From NCBI GenBank assembly GCA_052168235.1, contig JBQLZK010000045.1, forward strand, positions 1 to 61,509: a stretch of 61,509 nucleotides of DNA, in the 5' to 3' direction. A model generated the notes under the pieces. It was not told the DNA's origin. It did not search any database and saw only the letters and a program-made list of their open reading frames with translations. Position 1 is the stretch's first letter; each line of letters opens with the position of its first letter. Both the position numbers and the translations under genes were made by a program. The DNA comes from Thainema sp. (GTDB taxonomy: Bacteria > Cyanobacteriota > Cyanobacteriia > Phormidesmidales > Phormidesmidaceae). This document shows positions 51,492-61,323 of the stretch, in pieces.

Positions 51492-51540
51492 AACCCAAGG
51501 GGTGAACGGCTGGCATCGCTAGCCATTCACCCCTTGAGTT
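51492..51540. repeat. Imperfect 23-bp-arm palindrome, GC-ATC-GC apex
   Basis: AACCCAAGGGGTGAACGGCTGGC-ATC-GCTAGCCATTCACCCCTTGAGTT (3 mismatches). Confidence 0.75.
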
Positions 51541-51658
51541 CTTAAGCAGGCTTGATCTCGTACCGATCCGCCAAACTGTGACTACAAATTAGCTCCCCTG
51601 CCCCCTGGCCCCAATGCTCCCAGGATCTAATTCATAACCCAATTTGGCAGACTCGATA

Positions 51659-53995
51659 TTATTCCTCTTCGCCCATATCGTCGTCGTCATCATCGTCTGT
51701 CGCCTCACTGCCGCCACCGACGGCAACGAGGTCAATCTGCTGACGATAGTAATCAACACTCTTGACCTGCACTTCCACGCGATCGCCCAGTCGATACTGA
51801 CGACGATTCTTCCGACCCACGAGCTTCTGCTGACGAGAGCGATATTCGTACCAGTCATCTTTGAGCGAGCTGACGTGGACTAGACCCTCCACCAGCAGTT
51901 CCTCAATTTCCACAAAGAAGCCGTAGGACTGCACACCCGTAATCAAGCCGTGGAAAATTTCCCCGGTGTGGGCCTGCATGAATTCTGCTTTCTTCAGCCC
52001 TTCTAGATCAGCTTCTGCTTCCTGAGCCAGCTTTTCCTGCTCGCTGAGGTAGGTAGCCAGCGTGTCTAGCTGCTCTTCGAATTCACCATGAACACTGGGC
52101 GGCAACACGTTCCAATTAATCTTGCCGTGGCAGGAGCTATGGCGCAGATTGACCCGATCTTTAGAGCGGGTGGTTCTGCGATCGCGGCCCTGATCAAACA
52201 CGGCATGTAAAATGCGGTGCATGATTAAGTCGGGATAGCGGCGCATCGGGGAGCTAAAGTGAGTGTAGCCATCGGTCAGCGCCAGGCCAAAGTGGTTGCC
52301 GGGGTGAGTGCTGTAAACGGCGGGTTTGAGCGTAGACAGCAGCAGATAGGTCAGCACCTTCTCAGCTTTGGACTCGGCAAACTTCTCGGTGAACTGCTGA
52401 TAATCTCGCGAATGGACTTCATCTTCATCGTCAAGATGCAGGTCGATATCCATGTTGCTAGCCAGCTTAATCAACTCCTGCACGTCGGCAGGACTAGGCG
52501 TCCGGTGGACTCGATAAAGTGCTGGGATATCTAGGGCACGAACGTGAGAAGCCACCAGTTGATTCGTGAGCAGCATCAGCTCAGTCACCACGTAGCGAGC
52601 GGGTAAGTGGGAAGACTCAACCACGGCACCCAGTGCGCCCTCATCGTCGTATTGAAACTTGGGGGAAAGATACTGATGCACCTTGCTGTCTTCTTCCGGC
52701 AGCACGTGCTCTGGTAAGTTCAGCTCAAAGGCTCCCCGCTGGTGGCGCTGCTGTCGAATAGCCTGGCTGGCCGTATAAAGGTGCTTAACCAGTTCTACGA
52801 TGTGCTCCGGCGCTTCAATCTTGTCCGAAGACACATTCAGAGCGCTCTCTTCACACAGTCCAGCCTGTTCGAGAATAGCCTGCACCTGTCGATAATCGAG
52901 CTGATGATCCACTTGGATTATCGTCGGCTGAATCTCAAACTCTAGAACCTCTCCGGCGGAGTTCAGCGTAATCAGCACGGAGATGGTCAGATTATCTTGC
53001 CCAGTCGCCATTGAGCAAAGATTGCCCGATAGGGGCGGCGGCAGCATTGGCACCACCGTATCGGCTAAGTAAATTGAATTGCCCCGTCGCTGAGCTTCCT
53101 GATCGATCGGTGAACCCGCTGGCACGTAGTAGGACACGTCAGAAATATGAACGCCGACCTTCCATTTATCGTCACCCAAATCTTCGAAGCTAAAGGCATC
53201 ATCAATCGTCTGCGCCTCTGAGCCGTCAATGGTAACGGTCATGACATCGCGCAAATCGAGCCGATCTTTGAGATCCGATTTACGCACTTTCTTCGGCAGT
53301 GACTTGGCTTCTTCGATCACCTTGGCCGGAAAATCACGGGGTAAATCATGTTTGCAGAAGACAATGTCGATATCAGAGGCGGCTTCGGCATTACTGCCCA
53401 AAATTTGGGCCACTCGCCCCACAGGCGGCAGCGACCCCAAAGGATATCGCAAAATTTCAACGTGGACGAGCTGATCGATGGCCTTTTGCAGCAGATCTTC
53501 GTCTTGATCTAAATCCAGCTCAAACAGTAGCCGATCGTCCAAGGGCATGGCTTGATAGTGACTGTTTTCTTTCTTGACGCGGGCCAAAACGGAGGTGTTG
53601 GCTCGCTCCAGAATCAGCTTGACTTCTCCCTCGGGCGAGCGGCGACGAGTGCCCTCTTTCGTCACTTTAACCAAAACGCGATCGCCATTCCAAGCCGTGC
53701 TCAATTGGCTCTCACGAATATAAATATCTTCCGATTCTTCTGAATCTTGAATCGCAAAACAAAAGCCCTTACTGGAACAGCGCAGCTTTCCTTCGACGAC
53801 ATCATCTGCTTGTAGACGCCGATATTTACCGCGCTCTTTGATTAAAATGCCAACTCGCTCTAGCGCATCAAGCACAATCTGCAACCGGCGCATCTCGTCG
53901 TGGGTATTGCAGTTCAGCTTTTTTTCGAGTGCTTTGGGTGCAACTAATTTATCGTCTGAAAAGTTCGCGAGTAAGGTTGCGATTGAAAATTCCAT
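51659..53995 (-). CDS. rnr: Ribonuclease R family exoribonuclease
   Basis: Cold-shock domain KGFCF, TIDG..IDDA, HFGLA...YTHFSSPMRRYPDL, S1 domain. Confidence 0.92.
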   Translation of the reverse strand: MEFSIATLLANFSDDKLVAPKALEKKLNCNTHDEMRRLQIVLDALERVGILIKERGKYRRLQADDVVEGKLRCSSKGFCFAIQDSEESEDIYIRESQLSTAWNGDRVLVKVTKEGTRRRSPEGEVKLILERANTSVLARVKKENSHYQAMPLDDRLLFELDLDQDEDLLQKAIDQLVHVEILRYPLGSLPPVGRVAQILGSNAEAASDIDIVFCKHDLPRDFPAKVIEEAKSLPKKVRKSDLKDRLDLRDVMTVTIDGSEAQTIDDAFSFEDLGDDKWKVGVHISDVSYYVPAGSPIDQEAQRRGNSIYLADTVVPMLPPPLSGNLCSMATGQDNLTISVLITLNSAGEVLEFEIQPTIIQVDHQLDYRQVQAILEQAGLCEESALNVSSDKIEAPEHIVELVKHLYTASQAIRQQRHQRGAFELNLPEHVLPEEDSKVHQYLSPKFQYDDEGALGAVVESSHLPARYVVTELMLLTNQLVASHVRALDIPALYRVHRTPSPADVQELIKLASNMDIDLHLDDEDEVHSRDYQQFTEKFAESKAEKVLTYLLLSTLKPAVYSTHPGNHFGLALTDGYTHFSSPMRRYPDLIMHRILHAVFDQGRDRRTTRSKDRVNLRHSSCHGKINWNVLPPSVHGEFEEQLDTLATYLSEQEKLAQEAEADLEGLKKAEFMQAHTGEIFHGLITGVQSYGFFVEIEELLVEGLVHVSSLKDDWYEYRSRQQKLVGRKNRRQYRLGDRVEVQVKSVDYYRQQIDLVAVGGGSEATDDDDDDDMGEEE

Positions 53996-54677
53996 GTAGC
54001 GATTCAATCCTTAATTTGTTCACGGTCATTCTTCGAGCAACTGCTTCAAACTATCAGCTTACGATTGTCTTGCGATTGTTTACGGATGCTTGAGCCGATT
54101 CTGCCACCAGACTGACACAGTCAGAGCGTACCAGCGGTTAGTCCAGTTTATTTTTCAGGTGAATCTCTGCGAGGTTTACCCCAAAAAACAAGCTTGACGC
54201 CACATCAGATCTAGAGAAGCAGATGCATCATGCACCAATCTACAGCTCAGACATATCGTAAACAGATATGCAGCAGCACTCATGTTAATCTCGTCACTTT
54301 AATTTGCGATCGCAACTTTAGTTTTACAGTTGGCTAACAGACAGCACTGGACTGCGAAATAAAGTTACCTGAACAGCAATTTAAAGCCAGCGAGATTGGA
54401 AGAAACGATGGTGATAAAGGTAGAATCCCTTAGTGAGTAGGGACTCTCCACACCTTATTTTATGGTTCCGTACAGCGGGACCCCTGTCAAACGATAGCGT
54501 ACAAACCGCCTGACATGCCAGATTGATTTAATCCGTGTCGCTACCGAATCAGGACAGTACAGCAACAAATAGTAACAAATATCAAATTTTGTATAGCGTT
54601 AGTCACAGGAATTAAAACTTGTAGAGACGTTGGTCACAGAAGGCAAACCGGATAGAACCATGCCAGAACGGGTCGCG

Positions 54678-54691
54678 GTAGCCTACGCTAC
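54678..54691. promoter_or_regulatory. Possible NtcA box upstream of formamidase
   Basis: GTA-GCCTACGC-TAC fits GTA-N8-TAC; no canonical -10 at 22-23 nt spacing. Confidence 0.3.
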
Positions 54692-54876
54692 GGTTGCCAA
54701 GTCTCCAAACCGTAGAGAGTAAAGCGTATACTCACATCTTGCATCAAAACCTGGAAGGCTAATTTTGCCGTTAGATCGCGACGAGTAAAACCAACTCTTC
54801 CGGGTCTAGATTGGCAAGGTGCAGACTATGAGTATATTGATCGCAATTAGTATCGCAATTAGAGCAAGGCAGACTC

Positions 54877-55899
54877 ATGAGTGGACTTGGTGGACTCAAT
54901 AAAACTCCCAATGGTGTTGTCCTTGGGATGGTGCAGCTTCAGCTTCCTAACGTGGTGACACCGGATGACTTGGCCGCCCAAACCCAGCGAATTTGTGACA
55001 TGGTGGGCAAAGCGCGGCGCAATATGCCGACGATGGATTTAGTTGTATTTCCTGAATACTCACTGCATGGTTTATCGATGGATACCAATCCAGAGATTAT
55101 GTGTCGGCTGGATGGATCAGAGGTAGAGGCGTTCCGCCGAGCCTGCATTGAAAACCAGATTTGGGGCTGTTTTTCGATTATGGAGTACAACCCCAACGGT
55201 AATCCCTATAACAGCGGCATTATTGTTGACGACAAGGGAGAGCTAAAGCTCTATTATCGGAAGCTCCATCCTTGGGTGCCTGTGGAACCTTGGGAACCGG
55301 GCAATCTGGGCATTCCTGTTTGCGAAGGACCAAACGGCAGCACGATCGCACTTATCATTTGTCACGATGGCATGTTCCCCGAAATGGCGCGGGAATGCGC
55401 CTATAAAGGGGCTGAAATTATGATTCGGACGGCAGGCTATACGGCTCCTATCCGTCATTCTTGGCGAATTACCAATCAGGCCAACGCGTTTTGTAACTTA
55501 ATGGCGACGGCTTCAGTCTGCATGTGTGGCTCTGACGGCACGTTTGACTCGATGGGCGAAGGCATGATTGTTAACTTTGACGGCACGCCATTAGCAATGG
55601 GCAGTCACCGTCCAGACGAAGTTATCACTGCTGAAATTCGACCCGACTTGGTTCGTGAAGCCCGCAAATACTGGAGCGTTGAAAATAATATCTATCAGTT
55701 TGGCCATCGCGGGTATGTTGCCGTCAAGGGTGGCGCACAGGACTGTCCTTATACCTACATGAAAGATATGGTTGCGGGAAATTATCGTCTACCCTGGGAA
55801 GACGAAGTAGTCTACACCGATGGCACCTCTTGCGGCTTCCCAGCCCCCACTCGCGAATATCAGGGCGAGGAGATGCCGTCTGATATGCAGTCTGTTTAG
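54877..55899 (+). CDS. amiF: Formamidase (nitrilase superfamily aliphatic amidase)
   Basis: MSGLGGLNK N-terminus; Glu-Lys-Cys triad in FPEYS, YRKLHPW, ICHDG. Confidence 0.88.
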   Translation: MSGLGGLNKTPNGVVLGMVQLQLPNVVTPDDLAAQTQRICDMVGKARRNMPTMDLVVFPEYSLHGLSMDTNPEIMCRLDGSEVEAFRRACIENQIWGCFSIMEYNPNGNPYNSGIIVDDKGELKLYYRKLHPWVPVEPWEPGNLGIPVCEGPNGSTIALIICHDGMFPEMARECAYKGAEIMIRTAGYTAPIRHSWRITNQANAFCNLMATASVCMCGSDGTFDSMGEGMIVNFDGTPLAMGSHRPDEVITAEIRPDLVREARKYWSVENNIYQFGHRGYVAVKGGAQDCPYTYMKDMVAGNYRLPWEDEVVYTDGTSCGFPAPTREYQGEEMPSDMQSV

Positions 55900-56016
55900 A
55901 ACAGAAACTTCTGGAGTTGTCATCTACCTGCTTGGTAAGGGCAAATGGCTATTTGCCTCTACACAATGCTACGTTTCAAACGTTTCCTATCTATTTTTTA
56001 TAGCGGGTCTAGATAA

Positions 56017-56061
56017 GAACGAGAGGAGAGTGCCTCATCCTGAGGCACTCTCTCGTTTTCT
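56017..56061. terminator. Hairpin downstream of formamidase
   Basis: GAGAGTGCCTCA-TCC-TGAGGCACTCTC core with extended imperfect arms. Confidence 0.55.
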
Positions 56062-56171
56062 CACTCTTAACTGGAATCACTATAAATAAAACCATTTTGT
56101 CTTATCTGCATCAGGTCTATATCAGGGAACTTAGTCAAGAAAAGATAGCGCCCTTAGTTGAACTCTGGTGG

Positions 56172-56276
56172 TATAGCAGTAATCCTGTTGATGAGGACGT
56201 TAGAAAACCCTGAAAACGTTCTAACGTTTGAACGTTGGATTGCGTTACTGTCTCAGGCCAGGTAGTGAGGGCTATA
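56172..56276. mobile_element. Degenerate MITE with TATAGC...GCTATA termini
   Basis: TATAGCAGTAATCC...GTGAGGGCTATA; internal AACGTT(C/T) repeats. Confidence 0.45.
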
Positions 56277-56442
56277 GCTTGCTATAGATGCTAAAGAATC
56301 GATCGGTGCAACCTACTTGCCCATCAGCCGCAACCAGGAATCACCCCCTTAGAAAGATGCTGTGTATTTTAATCTCGTCTATCCCATAGGTAGGCAGTAG
56401 ATTGACAGTGAACAAGACGAGCTATAAGACGAGACAGTTGGT

Positions 56443-57999
56443 ATGCCAGGCACTTACCAGGCCGTAATTTTAGACCTCGATGGCGTCATTACGCAGACAG
56501 CGAGTCTACACGCTCAGGCTTGGCAGCAGATGTTTAACGACTACTTGAAACAGCAATCTGAGCAGGCAGCAGACGATTATAAACCCTTTGATATTGAGGC
56601 AGATTACCGCCGCTATGTCGATGGTAAGCCTCGTTACGATGGCGTACGCAGCTTTTTGGAATCGCGAGGACTTGAGCTACCGCAGGGGCAGCCGGGCGAT
56701 GACCCGGATCAAGAAACAATTTGCGGACTGGGTAATCGCAAAAACGCAATTTTTCTGGATCTGATGCAGCAGCAGGGCGTGGATGTCTATGAAGATACGG
56801 TAGAACAGATTCACCACTGGCGGAAGCAGGGTTTGAAGACAGCAGTGGTTTCCTCTAGCCGCAACTGCGTCACGGTGCTGGAAACGGCTGGTTTGCTGGA
56901 TTTATTCGACACGAAAGTAGACGGAGTTGATTCAGACAAGCTCGGTCTAGACGGTAAGCCCGCCCCCGACATCTTTTTGCAGGCCGACCAGCAGCTTGAG
57001 GTCAACCCGCAGCAGGCCGTTGCCATTGAAGATGCGATCGCAGGCGTCCAAGCAGGACGAGCCGGGAAGTTTGGCTTAGTGGTTGGGGTTGCCCGTGAGG
57101 GCGACGGTGCAGATCTGAAGCAGCATGGAGCAGATCGGGTGGTTCATCGGCTGGATGAACTACGGCTTGAGTCCGATGAGCTAGATACGTCAAATTCAAA
57201 TCAAACGGCTTCTGCGCTCGCGGAATTTGACGCTCTAATTGAGCAGCTCGAAGGGAGTACGGTAGCGCTCTTCACCGACTACGATGGCACCTTGACGCCA
57301 ATTGTGCCGCAACCGGCAGGAGCCGTTCTCAGTGACGAGATGCGATCGCTCCTGCAAAACCTGGCTCAACACTGCAGGGTGGCAATTATCAGCGGACGGG
57401 ATTTGCCAGACGTGCAGCAGATGGTCGGCCTCGAAAATCTTTACTATGCGGGCAGTCACGGGTTTGATATTGCTGGCCCAGATTTAAAGATGCAGCAAGA
57501 AGACGCTGTTGCAAGTCTGCCCAATCTGGATGCGGCAGAACACTGGCTGCAAGAACAGTTCAGCGATCTACCGGGAATACGAGTAGAACGGAAGCGATTT
57601 GCGATCGCGCTGCACTATCGCGACGCCTCTGCCGATACCGTACAGCGGCTAGAGTCAGCGCTAGAGACAGTACTCAGTGACTATCCTAAGCTGCGCCAGA
57701 GCAGCGGCAAACAGATTTTTGAGCTACAGCCGGACGTGCAGTGGGATAAAGGGCGGGCTATCCTTTGGCTGCTGAAGCAGCTTGACTTGAATCAGCCGGA
57801 CGTGCTGCCAATCTATCTGGGTGACGACACCACCGATGAAGATGGCTTCCGGGCCATGTGCGATCGCGGTATTGGCATTCGGGTTGGCGCTGACGGAGAA
57901 GCGACTCAGGCGACCTATGTGCTCGCCGATCCGGACGCGGTGCAGCAGTTCTGCCAAGCACTTTTGCAGTCGTTGCAGCAGGCTTCACATCATGGCTAA
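56443..57999 (+). CDS. otsB: Fusion of beta-phosphoglucomutase-like HAD domain and trehalose-6-phosphate phosphatase
   Basis: DLDGVIT, GKPAPD, IEDA (HAD-I); DYDGTL, ISGR, GSHG, WDKG, GDDTTDED (TPP). Confidence 0.88.
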   Translation: MPGTYQAVILDLDGVITQTASLHAQAWQQMFNDYLKQQSEQAADDYKPFDIEADYRRYVDGKPRYDGVRSFLESRGLELPQGQPGDDPDQETICGLGNRKNAIFLDLMQQQGVDVYEDTVEQIHHWRKQGLKTAVVSSSRNCVTVLETAGLLDLFDTKVDGVDSDKLGLDGKPAPDIFLQADQQLEVNPQQAVAIEDAIAGVQAGRAGKFGLVVGVAREGDGADLKQHGADRVVHRLDELRLESDELDTSNSNQTASALAEFDALIEQLEGSTVALFTDYDGTLTPIVPQPAGAVLSDEMRSLLQNLAQHCRVAIISGRDLPDVQQMVGLENLYYAGSHGFDIAGPDLKMQQEDAVASLPNLDAAEHWLQEQFSDLPGIRVERKRFAIALHYRDASADTVQRLESALETVLSDYPKLRQSSGKQIFELQPDVQWDKGRAILWLLKQLDLNQPDVLPIYLGDDTTDEDGFRAMCDRGIGIRVGADGEATQATYVLADPDAVQQFCQALLQSLQQASHHG

Positions 58000-60403
58000 G
58001 CGAAATATTAGTGATTGGACGCTCACGTACACCGATTGGAATCCGCAACAGCAGTCGCTGCGGGAAGCGCTCTGTGCCCTAGGTAACGGCTATATTGTCA
58101 CCCGTGGGGCGTTTGAAGAAGCCCATGCGGGTGGCCCCAACTATCCCGGCACTTACCTGGCAGGTGGCTACAACCGTTTGAAGACCGACATTGCCGGACA
58201 TGTGCTGGAAAGCGAGGACTTAGTCAACTGGCCGAACTGGTTGCCGTTGAACGTTCGTCCGGTGGGGGGAGACTGGTTTGATTTGAATGCGGTCGATCTG
58301 TTGGACTTTAAGTATCGGCTTGACCTGTATCAGGGTCTACTAGAGCGGCGGGTGCATTTTCGCGATGCCGATGAGCGGGAGTTTACGCTGGTAAGCCGTC
58401 GCTTGGTGAGTATGGCAAATCCTCACTTGGCGGCAATTGAGTGGCGACTGACGGCTCACAACTGGTCAGGCGATGTCGAGATTCGCTCGGCTCTTGATGG
58501 CACGGTGACGAACCAGAACGTTGAGCGCTATCGGCAGCTCAATGGTAAACACCTGGAGGTTCTGGATACAGAGCTGGCTGGGGAAGATGCCGTTTGCTTA
58601 ACCGTACGCACCAGCCAGTCGCACATTCAGATGAGCCAAGCTGCGCGATCGCACGTGTACTCTGGCGATAATCTGGTTTCGACTCAGCGGCAGCGTGAAG
58701 CGCAAGAGGGACGCGTCAGTCAGACGCTGATTGTGCCCTGTCAGCAGCATCAGGAACTGCGGGTTGAAAAGATTGTCGCCATTTACAGCTCGCGGGATTT
58801 TGCCGTTAGTGAGCCGAGTTTAGCAGCCTGTAAAGCCGTGCAGCGGGCGGGTTCTTTTGCGGAACTGCTGGCAGCTCACAGGCTCAAGTGGCAGCACCTC
58901 TGGAGCGTGGCCGACATTGGCTTGCAGAACCGCGACAGTGAAAGCCAGTTTATTCTGCGGCTGCATATCTTTCACCTGCTTCAGACGACCTCTCCCAATA
59001 CGATTGATCGGGATGTTGGTGTGCCGTCGCGGGGCTGGCACGGCGAGGCTTACCGGGGTCATATCCTCTGGGATGAGCTGTTTATTTTTCCCTTCATCAC
59101 CCTGCGGATGCCAGAGCTAGCGCGATCGCTGTTGATGTACCGCTACAGACGGCTAGATGAGGCTCGCTATCTGGCGCAGCAGGCGGATTACAGCGGAGCC
59201 ATGTTTCCCTGGCAGAGTGGCAGTGATGGTCGCGAAGAAAGTCAGGTGCTCCATCTCAATCCCCGCTCTGGTCGCTGGATTCCCGACAATTCCAACCAGC
59301 AGCGCCACGTCAGTGCGGCGATTGCCTACAACGTCTGGCAGTATTACCAAGTCACCGACGACACCGAGTTTCTTGCCTACTACGGTGCGGAGCTAATTCT
59401 GGAAATTGCTCGCTTCTGGGCCAGCATTGCCGCCTACAACAGCGATCGCAAACGCTATGAAATTTGCGGCGTCATGGGGCCAGATGAATTCCATACCCGC
59501 TACCCCCATACCGACCAGCCAGGACTGAATAACAATGCCTACACCAACGTGATGGCAGTGTGGGTGCTGCACTGTGCCTGCCATGTGCTAGATCGCCTGG
59601 ACGAAAAACGCTGCCAGGAACTGCGATCGCAGTTAAGCATTGAGGACGAAGAACTGCTGCACTGGGATCGGGTCAGCCACAATATGTTCGTGCCGTTCCA
59701 TAATGACAACATCATCAGCCAATTTGAGGGCTATGGCGACCTGGAGGAGTTTGACTGGGATGGCTACCGCGAACAGTACGAGGATATTCATCGCCTCGAC
59801 CGCATCTTAGAAGCCGAAGACCTAGACGTGAACGCCTATAAGGCCAGTAAGCAGGCCGATGTGCTGATGCTGTTTTACCTATTTTCTGCCGAAAAGCTGC
59901 AAATGCTGTTTGAGCACATGGGCTACTCGTTTGATCCGGCCTGTATTCCCCGCAATATCAACTACTACCTAGATCGCACGGCTCACGGCTCAACCCTAAG
60001 TCGGGTGTTGCATGCCTGGGTGCTGTCCCGCTGCGATCGCAAAACCTCTTGGACGCTGTTTAAAGAGGCACTGCACAGCGATATTGAAGATATCCAGGGC
60101 GGCACAACGCCCGAAGGTATTCATCTAGGCGCGATGGCGGGCACTGTTGATCTGGTTCAGCGGATGTACACAGGACTGGACATCCGCGATGGCGTCTTAT
60201 GGTTTGCGCCCCTGCTGCCCCGAGACCTGACTAGAATTACCGCCAGAATTCGCTATCGAGGCCACTGGCTATCGCTCGATCTCAACCACGAACAGCTCAA
60301 AGTATCCTTTGACCGAGGCGGCGCACCCCCGGCCCGGATTGGCTTTGGTGACCGAGTCTACGAAATGTGCGAGGGGGAAACGCGGGAGTTTAGCCTTCGC
60401 TGA
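57992..60403 (+). CDS. Glycoside hydrolase family 65 (trehalose/maltose phosphorylase-like)
   Basis: LGNGY, YRGHILWDE, MGPDEFH, KQADV, HGSTLS, GIHLGAM; ATG 57992 overlaps otsB stop. Confidence 0.93.
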   Translation: MAKRNISDWTLTYTDWNPQQQSLREALCALGNGYIVTRGAFEEAHAGGPNYPGTYLAGGYNRLKTDIAGHVLESEDLVNWPNWLPLNVRPVGGDWFDLNAVDLLDFKYRLDLYQGLLERRVHFRDADEREFTLVSRRLVSMANPHLAAIEWRLTAHNWSGDVEIRSALDGTVTNQNVERYRQLNGKHLEVLDTELAGEDAVCLTVRTSQSHIQMSQAARSHVYSGDNLVSTQRQREAQEGRVSQTLIVPCQQHQELRVEKIVAIYSSRDFAVSEPSLAACKAVQRAGSFAELLAAHRLKWQHLWSVADIGLQNRDSESQFILRLHIFHLLQTTSPNTIDRDVGVPSRGWHGEAYRGHILWDELFIFPFITLRMPELARSLLMYRYRRLDEARYLAQQADYSGAMFPWQSGSDGREESQVLHLNPRSGRWIPDNSNQQRHVSAAIAYNVWQYYQVTDDTEFLAYYGAELILEIARFWASIAAYNSDRKRYEICGVMGPDEFHTRYPHTDQPGLNNNAYTNVMAVWVLHCACHVLDRLDEKRCQELRSQLSIEDEELLHWDRVSHNMFVPFHNDNIISQFEGYGDLEEFDWDGYREQYEDIHRLDRILEAEDLDVNAYKASKQADVLMLFYLFSAEKLQMLFEHMGYSFDPACIPRNINYYLDRTAHGSTLSRVLHAWVLSRCDRKTSWTLFKEALHSDIEDIQGGTTPEGIHLGAMAGTVDLVQRMYTGLDIRDGVLWFAPLLPRDLTRITARIRYRGHWLSLDLNHEQLKVSFDRGGAPPARIGFGDRVYEMCEGETREFSLR

Positions 60404-60407
60404 AGAG

Positions 60408-60809
60408 CTATGAACCTCGCTGATCATGGGGCAACTCAATCCCTAGCCAGTCTGTTGCAGATTCGAGGCGAGAGAACGATTTGATATTGACGCCTCTGTT
60501 GTTGGCGCATAGCTCCAAGAATGCCGCATGATCAAATGCGATCGCACCAGAGACAACGATTGCGATTTTTCGGCGCGTCGGAAATATCGAATCTGGATAG
60601 GCGATGGAGGAAGCAATTTCAAAGATCCCAGCTGGATCTAGATCGCTTTCTACCTTCGTCAAATTCATTAAAACTTCGAATTGCTGGTCATAGTCTGGGT
60701 TGGAGGTAATCTCCTGTAGTGCCCGCTTCGATTCCTGCACGTTCAGCTTACCTTCTGGACGCGCCATAATCAGTCCCTGTTCGCGAAGAACAACATAGTT
60801 ATTTTTCAT
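60408..60809 (-). CDS. STAS/SEC14 (SpoIIAA-like) domain protein
   Basis: G.L...VL.NLT...RKIAIVV...F...ESATDWL pattern. Confidence 0.65.
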   Translation of the reverse strand: MKNNYVVLREQGLIMARPEGKLNVQESKRALQEITSNPDYDQQFEVLMNLTKVESDLDPAGIFEIASSIAYPDSIFPTRRKIAIVVSGAIAFDHAAFLELCANNRGVNIKSFSRLESATDWLGIELPHDQRGS

Positions 60810-60992
60810 AAGCTATAAATTAATTCAGTTATCTATCAAGCGATGGTACCCAAGACAATTCATATTACTTAGTAATAGATTGGGGCCGCGTAAGTTGCAA
60901 TTTGTGCAATTTGTGGGCGAGGTTATATCTTGCCTTGATTCGTTACTAGTTGCCCCACAGTATTGGCAAAATTGCCAGAACTACCAGAACGA

Positions 60993-61046
60993 TAAAGCAC
61001 TTCTTGCGCTAATAACTTGTACCTCAGTAGCCCAGGAAAGGCGACA
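60993..61046. mobile_element. MITE family B copy lacking the central hairpin
   Basis: TAAAGCACTTCTTGCGCTAATAA|CTTGTACCTCAGTAGCCCAGGAAAGGCGACA matches both ends of 22717-22820. Confidence 0.7.
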
Positions 61047-61071
61047 AAGTAGAAAACCAAAATCGATCATC

Positions 61072-61323
61072 ATGCCTTTCAATCTAGATTTTCTTTCAAT
61101 TTTTCGTAGTAAAAAATCAGAAAATTCTCCTTGGTGGATAGAAATTGAAACTCGTCAACCAAGTTATATTTACTATTTTGGCCCGTTTTTTGAGCGTCGA
61201 GAAGCGGCTGCTCAAAAAATAGGCTTTTTGGAAGATCTACAAGCGGAAAATGCCCAAGTTACCAGAGTAAAAATCAAGCGAACTCGTCCCAGTCAACTAA
61301 CAATTGCTAAAAATGATGTGTGA
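61072..61323 (+). CDS. DUF1816 family protein
   Basis: WWIEIET..P..YYFGPF...GFLEDL..E.A motif; ATG 61072 preferred over 60880. Confidence 0.85.
   Translation: MPFNLDFLSIFRSKKSENSPWWIEIETRQPSYIYYFGPFFERREAAAQKIGFLEDLQAENAQVTRVKIKRTRPSQLTIAKNDV

Noticed and set aside
54400..54876. Possible riboswitch before formamidase
   Set aside because: No recognisable guanidine, glutamine or other aptamer consensus by eye; needs an Rfam scan
57821..57991. N-terminal extension of the GH65 ORF
   Set aside because: Overlaps otsB out of frame; ATG 57992 gives a typical coupled start
60880..61071. N-terminal extension of the DUF1816 ORF
   Set aside because: Reads through a MITE remnant; the ATG at 61072 fits the family better
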